In this document: positions 15,748 through 25,354 of the stretch, piece by piece
Numbering within the stretch: position 1 is the stretch's first letter
How the letters are laid out: each line of letters begins with the position of its first letter
Source: a virus
Length of the DNA: 42,294 nt
Virus record (IMG/VR): IMGVR_UViG_3300000969_000003
Span: 1-42,294 of that record
Direction: 5' to 3' (one strand)
Translations under genes and position numbers: made by a program
Notes under the pieces: generated by a model
The model's input: only the letters and a program-made list of their open reading frames with translations
Told to the model about the DNA's origin: nothing
The model's database searches: none

Positions 15748-16160
15748 TATTCCCTCTTTGATTTAATAAGGATTAAGTGGTTCTTTAGTTTTACAACTTC
15801 AGTTTTAACGTGCCTTTGAACCGATGAATCCATATTTTCTGATAACGCCTTGGCTGTATCGAGAGTTGTTTCCATTACTTTAACGACTTGGGAAACACTG
15901 GAAGAATTGTTCTCTATTGATATTTGAGTTTTTATCATGGTCTTTTCAAAGTCATTCATTCTTTCCTGAAGAGAGAAGGCTATTTTTTCAACTTTTTTTA
16001 TATCTTCACTAAAGGAATCTAATAACTTTTTAATGTTTCTTGATTTAATTGTTTGGATTTCTTTTGACTTTTCATACCATGATTTAATCATGAAATGCAT
16101 AACAGGAATACCGATTGCAAAAAATCCAGCACCTATTCCTGCTATGTACTTCCAATCCAT
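15747..16160 (-). CDS. N-terminally anchored coiled-coil membrane protein (137 aa); i-spanin-like topology
   Basis: TM helix IAGIGAGFFAIGIPVMHFMI followed by about 100 aa of charged helical sequence. TAATG coupling to the endolysin gene. Confidence 0.5.
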   Translation of the reverse strand: MDWKYIAGIGAGFFAIGIPVMHFMIKSWYEKSKEIQTIKSRNIKKLLDSFSEDIKKVEKIAFSLQERMNDFEKTMIKTQISIENNSSSVSQVVKVMETTLDTAKALSENMDSSVQRHVKTEVVKLKNHLILIKSKRE

Positions 16161-16771
16161 TAAGAACCTTCTAATATTTTTAACAATTGTGTTTTTAGTT
16201 CGAGTTCTCGCCCTGTAACTTCTAATTCATTTAGTAATCTAGTAGCTTTAGATTTCCTGCTTTGTGATAAGGCAGTATAAACCTCACCATAAGTGACCAA
16301 CAGACCATCAATTTCTGTCTCAGGTAAAGAACTATATAAACCACCTATGTAATTTAGAGCTCTTTGAGTGAGGAGTTTGTTTAGTGCGCCTGTTTTCTCT
16401 ATGTTTAGTTGTTCTTGTTTTTGAGCTTCTTTTAACATGTAAGCATCTTTCTTTTCTTGGTTGAAAACTATTTTCCAGGTAAATGTTTCTAGCTTTTCGT
16501 AGTCGGTGATAGTACAAACTTGAACGTCAACACCTGACTCATCTTTTTCTGTTAAACATGTTTCAATCGGTTTATCAAAATCTTTATCATAAACCTTTAC
16601 CAAATCGTTATGCTCACAAACAAAACCCAAAGGGACTCTCATATATTCTGAACCGCAATCCCTTAAACATGTGTTTTTAACTGAGCAAGTTTGAATCTCG
16701 CTTATCTTTTGAAAACTAGCAAAAGCACTAACTGAAAAAATAGAAACAAAAACAAAAATTGACTTTAGCAT
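16160..16771 (-). CDS. Exported Cys-rich protein (203 aa) with Sec signal peptide
   Basis: MLKSIFVFVSIFSVSAFA|SF is a signal peptide. Six Cys lie in the first about 90 mature residues. The C-terminus is helical. Confidence 0.6.
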   Translation of the reverse strand: MLKSIFVFVSIFSVSAFASFQKISEIQTCSVKNTCLRDCGSEYMRVPLGFVCEHNDLVKVYDKDFDKPIETCLTEKDESGVDVQVCTITDYEKLETFTWKIVFNQEKKDAYMLKEAQKQEQLNIEKTGALNKLLTQRALNYIGGLYSSLPETEIDGLLVTYGEVYTALSQSRKSKATRLLNELEVTGRELELKTQLLKILEGS

Positions 16772-18366
16772 TATAACCTCCCTTTACACTCTAAGGTTCC
16801 ACCGTCTAAAAAAGGGTTATTCCCCCCTGAAAAGAAAGCAAAACTTATTCTACTTGTAGACACATCTCTAAACATTATTTGTCCCGACCCTTGCCCCAAG
16901 AAAGTAGGATTACCTTCTTGAAATCTAGCTGCTCTACAACTTATGTCATCATTAGGAAAAACACCTGGAAGTATATCAAACACTAAATATGAACTGTCAG
17001 TGCTAAACTGAGTTACCCAACTATTACAAGATTGCGTTGCAGTTAGAGGCTGATTTACTGCTGACACCCCATCTCTAAAGTTGCAAAATCTTACAACGTA
17101 ATTCTCATTTGAGTTTGTTCTAACTTGTCCTACAATAACAGGTTGTACTAAAGGTAATATAAAATCGCTTCCTTGTTTTTCACAGGTAAAGCTAAAATTT
17201 TGAGCTAATACATTATTGGCATCAGCAAAAGTCCCCCTGAAAACTAAAGTAGTATTTGTTGAACTGTTGTAGTCATAATGAACTACTTGGTCTCCAACTG
17301 TTGAGCTGGATGCTGTTGAACACGCCATTACGTTTTGAAGATTTGCGGCTGAAACATCAACCTCATATCTAGCATTTCCTACGTTTGAACCTGTTATTTG
17401 ACCCTCAATATTAGAGCTTAAGAGATTACCCACCGCATCAAATCTACCAGAAATCGTATTTGTATTATTAGCCGCAACCGGCAGTACTTTAAAAACTTGC
17501 GCTGTTTGTCTAGCATCTGAACCAACTTTAGTTAAAGAGAACCCTGCAAATATAGAATTGCAAATACCTGTTGATGTACTTCCAGGTAAGTTCCTAACAT
17601 CAAAAATTGCTTCTGTGGTAGTTAAGGAAATTCTAGGAACTTCTTGAGAAAATAATGAATCCTCTAGGTCTACTTTTGGTATATTTTGTAACCCCAGGGA
17701 CGCATAGTTAAAAGAGTAAACATTTCCAGCACCGCAATCAAAACTGTCTAACCAGTCACCGTTTATGATAGAGTCTGTGCTTGGGTTTATTGTGGCAGTA
17801 AGAGAGTCCGGAAGCTGCGCCTCAACTAAATTCTCAAATCTCCCTGCGTATGTTTTATCAAAAGTTATAGAGGGTGAAACAACTGCCCCTGAGTTGATTA
17901 TTCTAACTCTTATAAGCTTTTCATTCTCTGTTGCTGTACTTGGAGGGCAAGTAAAGAAAACACTCTCAACCGATGAAACAGTTGTTGTAATTAAAGAATC
18001 CTCTCCTAAGATAACATTATCAGCATTGAGAACTTGAAGTGATAAATATTTACTTCCTTGGAGATAATCAATACTAGCTTCGCATGATTTCCCTTGAAGA
18101 CCTCTAGGAACTCTAACAGGAGAACTTTCTACATAATCCCCCTGAGCAAGAGGAGTAAAAACCAAACTATGCTTCCCAAAAAGTGGGTCTGTTGATTCAA
18201 TTGCTAATGTTCCCCCCTGGTTTCTCCATTCCGCTCTTAAAGCTTCAAAACCAGGGTTTTTAATTAAATTGGTACTAGCGGTAATAGTGGCCATTTCCTG
18301 AGTAGTTAACCCAGCAAAACAAACTAGGCTAAAAGTAAATAAGATTAGTGCTATTAATTTTTTCAT
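16771..18366 (-). CDS. Exported (signal-peptide-bearing) protein of 531 aa with an N-terminal carbohydrate-binding-module-like jelly roll
   Basis: MKKLIALILFTFSLVCFA|G is a signal peptide. NLIKNPGFEALRAEWRNQGG resembles the start of CBM4/9-type domains. The remainder is Ser/Thr/Asn-rich. ATGA coupling to the upstream fibre gene. Confidence 0.55.
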   Translation of the reverse strand: MKKLIALILFTFSLVCFAGLTTQEMATITASTNLIKNPGFEALRAEWRNQGGTLAIESTDPLFGKHSLVFTPLAQGDYVESSPVRVPRGLQGKSCEASIDYLQGSKYLSLQVLNADNVILGEDSLITTTVSSVESVFFTCPPSTATENEKLIRVRIINSGAVVSPSITFDKTYAGRFENLVEAQLPDSLTATINPSTDSIINGDWLDSFDCGAGNVYSFNYASLGLQNIPKVDLEDSLFSQEVPRISLTTTEAIFDVRNLPGSTSTGICNSIFAGFSLTKVGSDARQTAQVFKVLPVAANNTNTISGRFDAVGNLLSSNIEGQITGSNVGNARYEVDVSAANLQNVMACSTASSSTVGDQVVHYDYNSSTNTTLVFRGTFADANNVLAQNFSFTCEKQGSDFILPLVQPVIVGQVRTNSNENYVVRFCNFRDGVSAVNQPLTATQSCNSWVTQFSTDSSYLVFDILPGVFPNDDISCRAARFQEGNPTFLGQGSGQIMFRDVSTSRISFAFFSGGNNPFLDGGTLECKGRL

Positions 18367-19682
18367 CCGAAAATTACCTCCGTTGTGCTTGGTACGAAAC
18401 GAATCGCCTCAGCATCTTCTGTATTTGTTGGCGTTGATCTAGTTAATTGTATCTTTAAAAGGTCTCCAGGAGAAGCATTGAACCCATTTACCCGACCTTG
18501 ATCGTCCGTAACTTGGAACATAACCTCCCTAAACTCATAAGCATTATCATTTTCAATATCCTCACTAACTGAAACAGCTTGGTTTGCATCTGAGTTTATA
18601 GCGTCTTGCCCTCTTCTTATTAAAGAAGTTGTAAGAGTCATTTGAAAATTATCCATTGAACTAGGTGTATAAAATCCTAGGTTTGCTAAAACTTGCCTAC
18701 CTGATAAATATCCCTGAGGTATTTTAAGAAATACGCAAAGCTCTTGAGCCTCACCTTGAGCAAAAGCAAAAACTTTTTGTCCAAACTCTTCTTTTTCAAG
18801 AGCTGACCCTGCCCACTGAGCACCGCCACCAGCACCGCCAGCTCCTGAACCTAGAGGAGCTACTGCTCCACCCTCAGGGTCTGATTCTCTAACAAAGAGC
18901 TGCCCTTCCAAATTATAAACTAATCTTTCACCTTCATTTGTCGGCGCATCTGGTATCTCAGTAAGAGGCTTAAAAGTCTCACTAATTGGACAAGGCCTTG
19001 CAAGTAAAGCATCAACTTCACTTAAAGCTTGTTGGAGAGTTAGTTCCGCTGAAACTGTTAGTCTTTCAAATCCTGCTGAACTAACAGTTGATAACCCACC
19101 TAGGGGAACAATATTTCTTTTATCTTCAACGCTATCAGCATTTGCAAGTCCTGAAACCGCTCCGACTGTTAAGCAAGCTAGTTCAACATAACCAGCAGGA
19201 GTTGCAGGAGCAACTGGGTTTGCGCCAGGTTCACCGGCTACAATCATAAGCTTAGATTGCCAATCAATAGCAACTGTCAGTTCCTCATCTGTAATCTCGT
19301 TTGTTGAGGCCGCTTTAAATCTTCTTTCCTCAGTCTCGGTATCAACCAACTCAGCTTTTGCAACTACTTTATCTATTCTATCGTTAACCGTGTCCGGTGC
19401 TTGGATAGTTAGAGTTGAGTTTTCTTTTAGAAATAAAAGCCTTCTCGTAGGTTCATTTGCTGCAACCGTTGAGTCAGTTTGAAATCCTGAACCTTGTTGA
19501 ACAATTACTGTATTTGCAGAGGCAAAATTTACAGCGTGACTTGTTCCAAAAAAAGCATTTTCCGTTCTTTGAATAATTTCAAAAATAACCCGGTCATAAA
19601 ATTCTTGTTGTAATCTTGCTTGAAGGGAGTTGTAATCTTGAAAAATTACTTCCATTCCATCGTTAAACTGTTGTCTACCCAT
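18363..19682 (-). CDS. Tail fibre / distal baseplate protein (439 aa)
   Basis: It lies directly after the J and gpI-like baseplate genes. It contains a GSGAGGAGGGAQ glycine linker. Called by position and size. Confidence 0.5.
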   Translation of the reverse strand: MGRQQFNDGMEVIFQDYNSLQARLQQEFYDRVIFEIIQRTENAFFGTSHAVNFASANTVIVQQGSGFQTDSTVAANEPTRRLLFLKENSTLTIQAPDTVNDRIDKVVAKAELVDTETEERRFKAASTNEITDEELTVAIDWQSKLMIVAGEPGANPVAPATPAGYVELACLTVGAVSGLANADSVEDKRNIVPLGGLSTVSSAGFERLTVSAELTLQQALSEVDALLARPCPISETFKPLTEIPDAPTNEGERLVYNLEGQLFVRESDPEGGAVAPLGSGAGGAGGGAQWAGSALEKEEFGQKVFAFAQGEAQELCVFLKIPQGYLSGRQVLANLGFYTPSSMDNFQMTLTTSLIRRGQDAINSDANQAVSVSEDIENDNAYEFREVMFQVTDDQGRVNGFNASPGDLLKIQLTRSTPTNTEDAEAIRFVPSTTEVIFG

Positions 19683-19693
19683 AATTTACCTTC

Positions 19694-20317
19694 CTAAGCT
19701 ATTCTTTCAATAAGTCTAAATGCTGCACCACAAGCTTTTTGAGTATTAACAGCCTGTACGATTCGCTGAAAAAGCTCAAAGCTTGATTCATTTGTGCCCA
19801 TAAAAACTTCCCTGTTATAAAATATGTCATTTCTATTATAAAATGAAAACGGTTCATGTACTTGCCTATCAACTAAAATGGAAAAAGCATTTAAAATAGG
19901 GATAAATAGTAAATCTCCCCTATTGTAAAAGTTTTCTCTATTAAAAAAGACTGCATCCTCATCATCTTCAATAAATACTGACTCTCCAACGTCAAGTAAT
20001 GAGTCAACTAATTCTTTCAAATCAGGGCAAGACGCGGAGTTTGTAATATTTTTAGTTCTCTGGGCAAGACTTGAATCTATTTCCCTAGTTGTTCTTTCAA
20101 TACTTCTTTCATTGGCGTGTTCATTAAGAAAAGCCCCTGTTGAATCGCAGATAAAAGTTTCTCTTACATGGTCTCTAGCCATGCAATCAAGAGCATTTAA
20201 AACCTCAGCAAAACCTCTAAAGATAGCTTCTGTCTCATCGCCCTCATCCTCACCGTAAATGCAACCTGGTACAAATGCTTTTAAACGCTCATACCAAAAT
20301 TCTCTTCTATCAGCCAA
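19694..20317 (-). CDS. Baseplate protein, P2 gpI / Mu gp48-like (DUF2313-type)
   Basis: A 207-aa gene immediately downstream of baseplate J, matching the canonical J-I order. Confidence 0.5.
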   Translation of the reverse strand: MADRREFWYERLKAFVPGCIYGEDEGDETEAIFRGFAEVLNALDCMARDHVRETFICDSTGAFLNEHANERSIERTTREIDSSLAQRTKNITNSASCPDLKELVDSLLDVGESVFIEDDEDAVFFNRENFYNRGDLLFIPILNAFSILVDRQVHEPFSFYNRNDIFYNREVFMGTNESSFELFQRIVQAVNTQKACGAAFRLIERIA

Positions 20318-21505
20318 TTAGATTATCTCCACAATGCCAGGAATTAACTTCTCAGTTTGTTGAGAGGTAACATTTCCTGTTGGTTGGTTTATAATAAAAT
20401 CCGTTAAGTCACCGCTTCCTGAAGGGCCCCAAATCGCAAGAATAGCTTGTCTAGCGAGTGACCTATCAAAACCTGTCCCAATGGGGAGGTCTCTTATATA
20501 TTGCTCCATACTCTCAGTGATTAAAGTTGTATTTGAATTGAATACAGCAAAGTTAGGCCCTGAAGGACTAAGAGAGATACTTGCTCTCCAATCAAGATTA
20601 AGAGGAGTTGCCCCCAATATTTCTTTAACAACCCCGCAAGCTCTTACCGATGAAATAGCCTCTCTAACTTGCTCTATTAAAGCCTGAGTTGCCGTTCCAT
20701 TTGCATCTGCAATATATAAAACAGCTCTTGTTATAGAGAAAGGAGCGGAGCCCACTAGAGGAGCTTGAGTCGCATCATCATAGGCAATAACTCTTTGAAC
20801 ATTTTCAATTAAAGTCGCAATCTCAACACCAGGAACATTAACACTTGCAGCCTCAATTGCAGCTTGTGTTGCTCCCCTTAAAGTCTCAACTTGTTGTCTT
20901 ATAAATTCTCTATACTGAGAATCATCAAGAGCTGGGGCACCACCAGTTGCCGGTAAAATATTTGTAACCACAATTGTAGGGTCGGTAAGGGAAGTTTCAA
21001 TATTTGTAATAGTTCCGCTACCAACATTGCTGTCTGAACCGCCCTCTATTGCTTCAACAGAAGCATTTATTGAAAGCCCTTGCATTGTCACCTCAGAAAC
21101 TACTCTAAACCTTTCCTCATTTCCGCTTGAATCAGTATCTGTTTTAACAATTGTCCCTGCTTCAATAACAGTAAGTCCATTGTCCAGATTAGGTCTTGAA
21201 AATTGAACTGTTGCTAATGCGTTCGCAGCCCCTGGTCTTCTGAAGTTTGCTCCAAAATGATCGACGGCAAGAGCCTCAAGATCATCAATATTTCCAGTGA
21301 CCGCTGAACCGTTTGCTGTATTAAAAAATGTTTTTGAAAACTCAGATACAATGAAGGTTACTATTTCTTGTCCTGCAACTGAAACGCCCCCTCCAAATGC
21401 ATCTAAGTTTGAACCCTCTTCAAAGTCAGTAAGTCCTGGCGCGACTGACTGAACTTTATTTCTGAAAAGGTCATATAAATTTTGTTGTGTTAAAATATCA
21501 GTCAT
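20318..21505 (-). CDS. Baseplate J-like protein (P2 gpJ / Mu gp47 / XkdT)
   Basis: A 395-aa gene following the gp25-like gene, with an 8-nt overlap with it. Called by conserved order and size. Confidence 0.7.
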   Translation of the reverse strand: MTDILTQQNLYDLFRNKVQSVAPGLTDFEEGSNLDAFGGGVSVAGQEIVTFIVSEFSKTFFNTANGSAVTGNIDDLEALAVDHFGANFRRPGAANALATVQFSRPNLDNGLTVIEAGTIVKTDTDSSGNEERFRVVSEVTMQGLSINASVEAIEGGSDSNVGSGTITNIETSLTDPTIVVTNILPATGGAPALDDSQYREFIRQQVETLRGATQAAIEAASVNVPGVEIATLIENVQRVIAYDDATQAPLVGSAPFSITRAVLYIADANGTATQALIEQVREAISSVRACGVVKEILGATPLNLDWRASISLSPSGPNFAVFNSNTTLITESMEQYIRDLPIGTGFDRSLARQAILAIWGPSGSGDLTDFIINQPTGNVTSQQTEKLIPGIVEII

Positions 21506-21923
21506 TGGTTACAGTCTCCCCAAATGGTACAAATCTAAATGTTTCCTCGCCAAAACCTCTAAGGGTAACCCTTACAAATAAAACTACCTTTCCAGGCACT
21601 GTTTCATCTTGGCGAATATCCATCCCAAGAACACTATCAACCCTATCATCTCTGGTGAATTGTTCTGTTATTCTTATGGCCAATGCCCTTCTATTATCAA
21701 GGCTATTGACTGCATTTAAAAAATCTTTTATTCCAACTCCGTAATCAGGTCTATGTACTAAAGAACCAGGTGTAACTTGAAGTCTTCTAAATAAAGCTGC
21801 TCTTACATTATTTAACCCTGTTAGAGTAGCCAAATCACCGTCAGGTGTTGTCTCCAACCCTTGCGTTGTTTGGTGAGCTAGGTCTCTTCTGTAAAGTTCC
21901 TCAATAGATAATAGAGCCGGCAT
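21498..21923 (-). CDS. Baseplate wedge protein, gp25 / GPW-like
   Basis: A 141-aa protein. LVHRPDYGVGIKDFLN resembles the gp25-family core. It lies between the spike and J genes. Confidence 0.6.
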   Translation of the reverse strand: MPALLSIEELYRRDLAHQTTQGLETTPDGDLATLTGLNNVRAALFRRLQVTPGSLVHRPDYGVGIKDFLNAVNSLDNRRALAIRITEQFTRDDRVDSVLGMDIRQDETVPGKVVLFVRVTLRGFGEETFRFVPFGETVTND

Positions 21924-22138
21924 TATTGTACCGTCCCTGTTCCGCTTACCGTTGAAGGCCCACCCCGAACGCCTGGAACAGTTGTTGTAACGACTGCATT
22001 TGTTTGAATCTCATCAACAACAGCAGCCGCAATTGCATTTGCAAAATCAGCTAATATTGAAGCACTGTCAGGTGCTCCATAGAGTCCAATTACCTCTGCT
22101 TGAATTTTCGTAGCCAAACTAGCTTGAGTTAAAGGCAT
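21923..22138 (-). CDS. Small baseplate-module protein (71 aa, Ala/Gly/Thr/Val-rich)
   Basis: ORF tightly coupled between the spike and wedge genes. No motif recognised. Confidence 0.5.
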   Translation of the reverse strand: MPLTQASLATKIQAEVIGLYGAPDSASILADFANAIAAAVVDEIQTNAVVTTTVPGVRGGPSTVSGTGTVQ

Positions 22139-22744
22139 TTACTTCTCCGTTCTCGATAGGTCAGATAAAAATAAATCATCATCTATTGGTGAGGTTTTTA
22201 TTGCGATATACTCAGAAGCCTCATTTGGTGGAAGGGTATTGAATCCCATGTTTCCAATATGGCCATGCCGAGAATCTATTTCCAAATGAGCAGAGTATGC
22301 TTCCTTGAAAGTGTCTCCAAGAACAATGCGCTCATCGCCTGAATTATCACCTCTTGTTAAGTTTATCTCGGTATCTGAATTAAGGAAAGTACTAGTTCCT
22401 CTTAATGCTCTGAGGACAAGATTTCCCTCTGTTGCTGCAAGAGGAATTTTGTCTTCTATAGAAGATAATCTTCTTAATATGAAAGCCTCATCCTCATGAC
22501 CATCAATAAAACCGACTATAACCATATCATTTACACTCGGTATCTGATAAACACCGGCCTCAGGCCCTACTGAGTCCCATGAAACCTTACAAACAATTTC
22601 AATAAGCTCAGGAAATAGATTCACCCTGGCCCTTAGCACTGACCTATCCCTTGCCATTTCCAGTGCTAGGATATTACCTATCGCTAGATTTAGACGGTCA
22701 TCTCTTAATATTTCTCTTAATTCTTCTAAACCAGGGATAGTCAT
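22139..22744 (-). CDS. Baseplate spike / assembly protein V-like (Mu gp45, P2 gpV)
   Basis: VNDMVIVGFIDGHEDEAFIL matches the gpV OB-fold signature (G..V.v.f..Gd...p.il). Position fits. Confidence 0.7.
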   Translation of the reverse strand: MTIPGLEELREILRDDRLNLAIGNILALEMARDRSVLRARVNLFPELIEIVCKVSWDSVGPEAGVYQIPSVNDMVIVGFIDGHEDEAFILRRLSSIEDKIPLAATEGNLVLRALRGTSTFLNSDTEINLTRGDNSGDERIVLGDTFKEAYSAHLEIDSRHGHIGNMGFNTLPPNEASEYIAIKTSPIDDDLFLSDLSRTEK

Positions 22745-24153
22745 CTTGTCAGACTCCTAGGCAGCTCAATAAAGTTGATAAATTTTAGATTCATAGACCA
22801 GCCCGACTCTTGATCGAGCTTAAATTCTACTTCTTTTGTGAAAAAAGGAGTTTGAAATCTAGCAAGTGACTCGGCAAAAGCTTCTGCAACTTGGGGAGTG
22901 TAGCATCTTTCAATTAAAAATCTTCTGATTCTAGCTCTGTTATTTGGCTCCGTGTTATTTACTAAGTCAGGAAGCCCCTCAAGGTCTCCCTGGTCTATTG
23001 AAATATCAATCGGTGTACCTATTCTAAATTGTGTTGCGTCAAATACATTATTATTTCTATCACAAACTCTCATTTCATTTGTTCTTAAAGAGCCTTCAAT
23101 TTGTTGCCTACCCAGCTCCTCATAAATACCCTCACCGATAGTAACTAATTGATCGAAGTTGGCAACGTCACGAACTCTAAAAGTAACAAAAGGGGCGTCC
23201 CTAGGCTCTCCCATCTCCCCATTTGTGTTAATAGTAGGGATTTGGATTCGCCTTCTTATAAGGCCTATATCTTGAGCCCATTCTTCAGAAGCGTTTTCTG
23301 GAATCCTAGCCTCAATAACTTCTTTTTTCTCAATATTTAGGGAAAGAACTCTAATGTTAAAGTTCTTTTGTCTCCCAAGTTTTCTTTCAAAGTTAAGATC
23401 TTTTAAGTTATTACCAAAGACAAATAGTTTTGCTTGGTTTCTATCATATAAAGTACGAGGATTTGTAATAACTAGAGAATCAAGTGAGATAAAAGCAATT
23501 AATCCAGTTTGTTCGATGATGGCCTGAATTGTGTCCCAGTATGATCTGTTTTTTCTTGCGTTTTTGACTCCCGAGCTCGCTTCCCTGTCAGCTGCAAAGT
23601 TCGCCAATACTGGCAAATCTTGTCCTGTTTGGTTGTCGATTCTAATTCCTTCGTTCCCTGAGAGTCTTGCTTCTGGCAGTTCGTCGAGGAGGTTTCTGAG
23701 CACAACGTCGAGCGGTGATGAGAGTTGGATTGGCTGCCCGAGATATTCTCTGTCAATGAGGAGACTTGTAAAGTCTCGTCCTGAGAGTTTGACCGTTCGC
23801 GAGTCTTCCGTGAGTGAGATCGAGTCCTCATCCACGAACCCTTGGAAGATCGTTGATTCTTGCGACGGTGTGAGTAAGTTGAGCGAGTTGTCATCTCTAA
23901 ATAATCTTTCCCTATCTTCTACATGGATTGTAACCCCTGCGCTCCTAATAGTTCTAGGGTCGAAAGGGAAACTCTTAAAATCAATTGTAGCATCAAAAGT
24001 ATCAGCGTCACGATAACTGTTCAAATTTACCGTTAATTCTTTACAAACAATAGAAAAGGTATGAACCCTATTAAGATTGTCGCTATCTTCATTTCCAAAA
24101 TTTTCAAGGACAACTCTTAAAGTCATTATGCCCTGGGGGAAATAAACAGCCAT
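22741..24153 (-). CDS. Baseplate hub protein (P2 gpD / Mu gp44 / XkdQ-like)
   Basis: A 470-aa gene between the LysM protein and the spike, matching the canonical Mu/PBSX order. Confidence 0.65.
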   Translation of the reverse strand: MAVYFPQGIMTLRVVLENFGNEDSDNLNRVHTFSIVCKELTVNLNSYRDADTFDATIDFKSFPFDPRTIRSAGVTIHVEDRERLFRDDNSLNLLTPSQESTIFQGFVDEDSISLTEDSRTVKLSGRDFTSLLIDREYLGQPIQLSSPLDVVLRNLLDELPEARLSGNEGIRIDNQTGQDLPVLANFAADREASSGVKNARKNRSYWDTIQAIIEQTGLIAFISLDSLVITNPRTLYDRNQAKLFVFGNNLKDLNFERKLGRQKNFNIRVLSLNIEKKEVIEARIPENASEEWAQDIGLIRRRIQIPTINTNGEMGEPRDAPFVTFRVRDVANFDQLVTIGEGIYEELGRQQIEGSLRTNEMRVCDRNNNVFDATQFRIGTPIDISIDQGDLEGLPDLVNNTEPNNRARIRRFLIERCYTPQVAEAFAESLARFQTPFFTKEVEFKLDQESGWSMNLKFINFIELPRSLTR

Positions 24154-24154
24154 A

Positions 24155-25354
24155 TTATTCTATCCTTGGAATTTCTATAATCTGTCCTCTAATAAGTTCG
24201 AGATCAGTTGAGGCCAGATTATTGTGTTCTAGTATCTCAGTCCATGATTCCACGTTTTTATAAAAACGAACAGCAAGATTTTGAAGAGTATCACCCTGCT
24301 GGACTCTATGCCTAGCAAGAGGCTCAGTCAAAGCTATTCTAGCTATTTGCTCATTTAGAGAAGCTAAAAAAGCTGTCAAAGAAAACGCATTTGTAAGGGT
24401 TTGCTGCATGAAACTTGCATTAATATACCCCGATGAAACCCCGACCCCTGCTGTTGCTGAAAAAACAATCCCACCGGTTGAGCTAAAGGAGCCTATTCTA
24501 TTGGTCAATCTAGTTATATTATTCCTGGCGTTTTGAATTAACCCCTGTGCCCGGGCTATTGATTCCCTAACAGCATCAACTTCATCAAGAACGGTGTCAA
24601 CAAAGTCAGTAACAAGATTAACAGCGGTTGCAACATCACTTGTAAGCTCAGCAATTTGAGTTGCTAGTGATCTGTCTAAATCATCTGGCACAGGTGCGCC
24701 TGTGAAGTTATTAACCGCTGTGATTAATTCTTTATTTATATCAATTGGAAGTTGTCTTGATGCATTTATAACCCTGCAATCTCTAGGAGGGTTAAAGCCG
24801 ATAATTACAAAATTTATCTTGTAATCTATATCAGTAACGGTTCTCATTTTGAACTCGGTACTCTCTATAAATCCAAACCTGTTAAACTCTCCAAAATATA
24901 ATCTTACTAAATTACCCCTAATTCTCATCGCTTCAATTAACTGCTGCAAGTCTTGAGGAAATTCTCTTACTTGTTCAATATCAGCGTCACCTAAAGAAAT
25001 AGGTAATTTTTTTGCATACATACGCCCAGTGATAGAAATATCTGATTCTCTTGAACCTAGTACCTGGACTGAAGGTTCTGAGTTTCCAGGGTAGTAATCT
25101 TTTACTATTTTCTGAGACCCACCAAATGTAAAAGGAACATGCGGCATTGTGGAACCGATTAGCTGAATCGCTTCATTTCTTTGTTCCCTTCCATTTATAA
25201 GCTCAACAATTTGAAAACCATTTTTAAAGTCATCACGTTGGAGGGCCATACGGACTGCATTTGGGTCGTTCTCTGTTAGAGCGTCAAAAGGATTTCTTAT
25301 CCTTGATCTGAAGTCATTTGCAGCATCTCTTAAATTTAAGTTCAAAAGTCCCAT
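24155..25354 (-). CDS. Tail protein with C-terminal LysM domain (XkdP / Mu gp43 position)
   Basis: The C-terminal HRVQQGDTLQNLAVRFYKNVESWTEILEHNNL..GQIIEIP is a canonical LysM. It lies directly after the tape measure gene. Confidence 0.7.
   Translation of the reverse strand: MGLLNLNLRDAANDFRSRIRNPFDALTENDPNAVRMALQRDDFKNGFQIVELINGREQRNEAIQLIGSTMPHVPFTFGGSQKIVKDYYPGNSEPSVQVLGSRESDISITGRMYAKKLPISLGDADIEQVREFPQDLQQLIEAMRIRGNLVRLYFGEFNRFGFIESTEFKMRTVTDIDYKINFVIIGFNPPRDCRVINASRQLPIDINKELITAVNNFTGAPVPDDLDRSLATQIAELTSDVATAVNLVTDFVDTVLDEVDAVRESIARAQGLIQNARNNITRLTNRIGSFSSTGGIVFSATAGVGVSSGYINASFMQQTLTNAFSLTAFLASLNEQIARIALTEPLARHRVQQGDTLQNLAVRFYKNVESWTEILEHNNLASTDLELIRGQIIEIPRIE

Noticed and set aside
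23499-24016. 131-aa (minus) and 161-aa (plus) ORFs overlapping the baseplate hub gene
   Set aside because: They are stop-free by-products of the local ~50% GC patch. Their compositions (Ser/Arg/Thr-rich) look non-protein-like, and the hub frame is continuous and syntenic.
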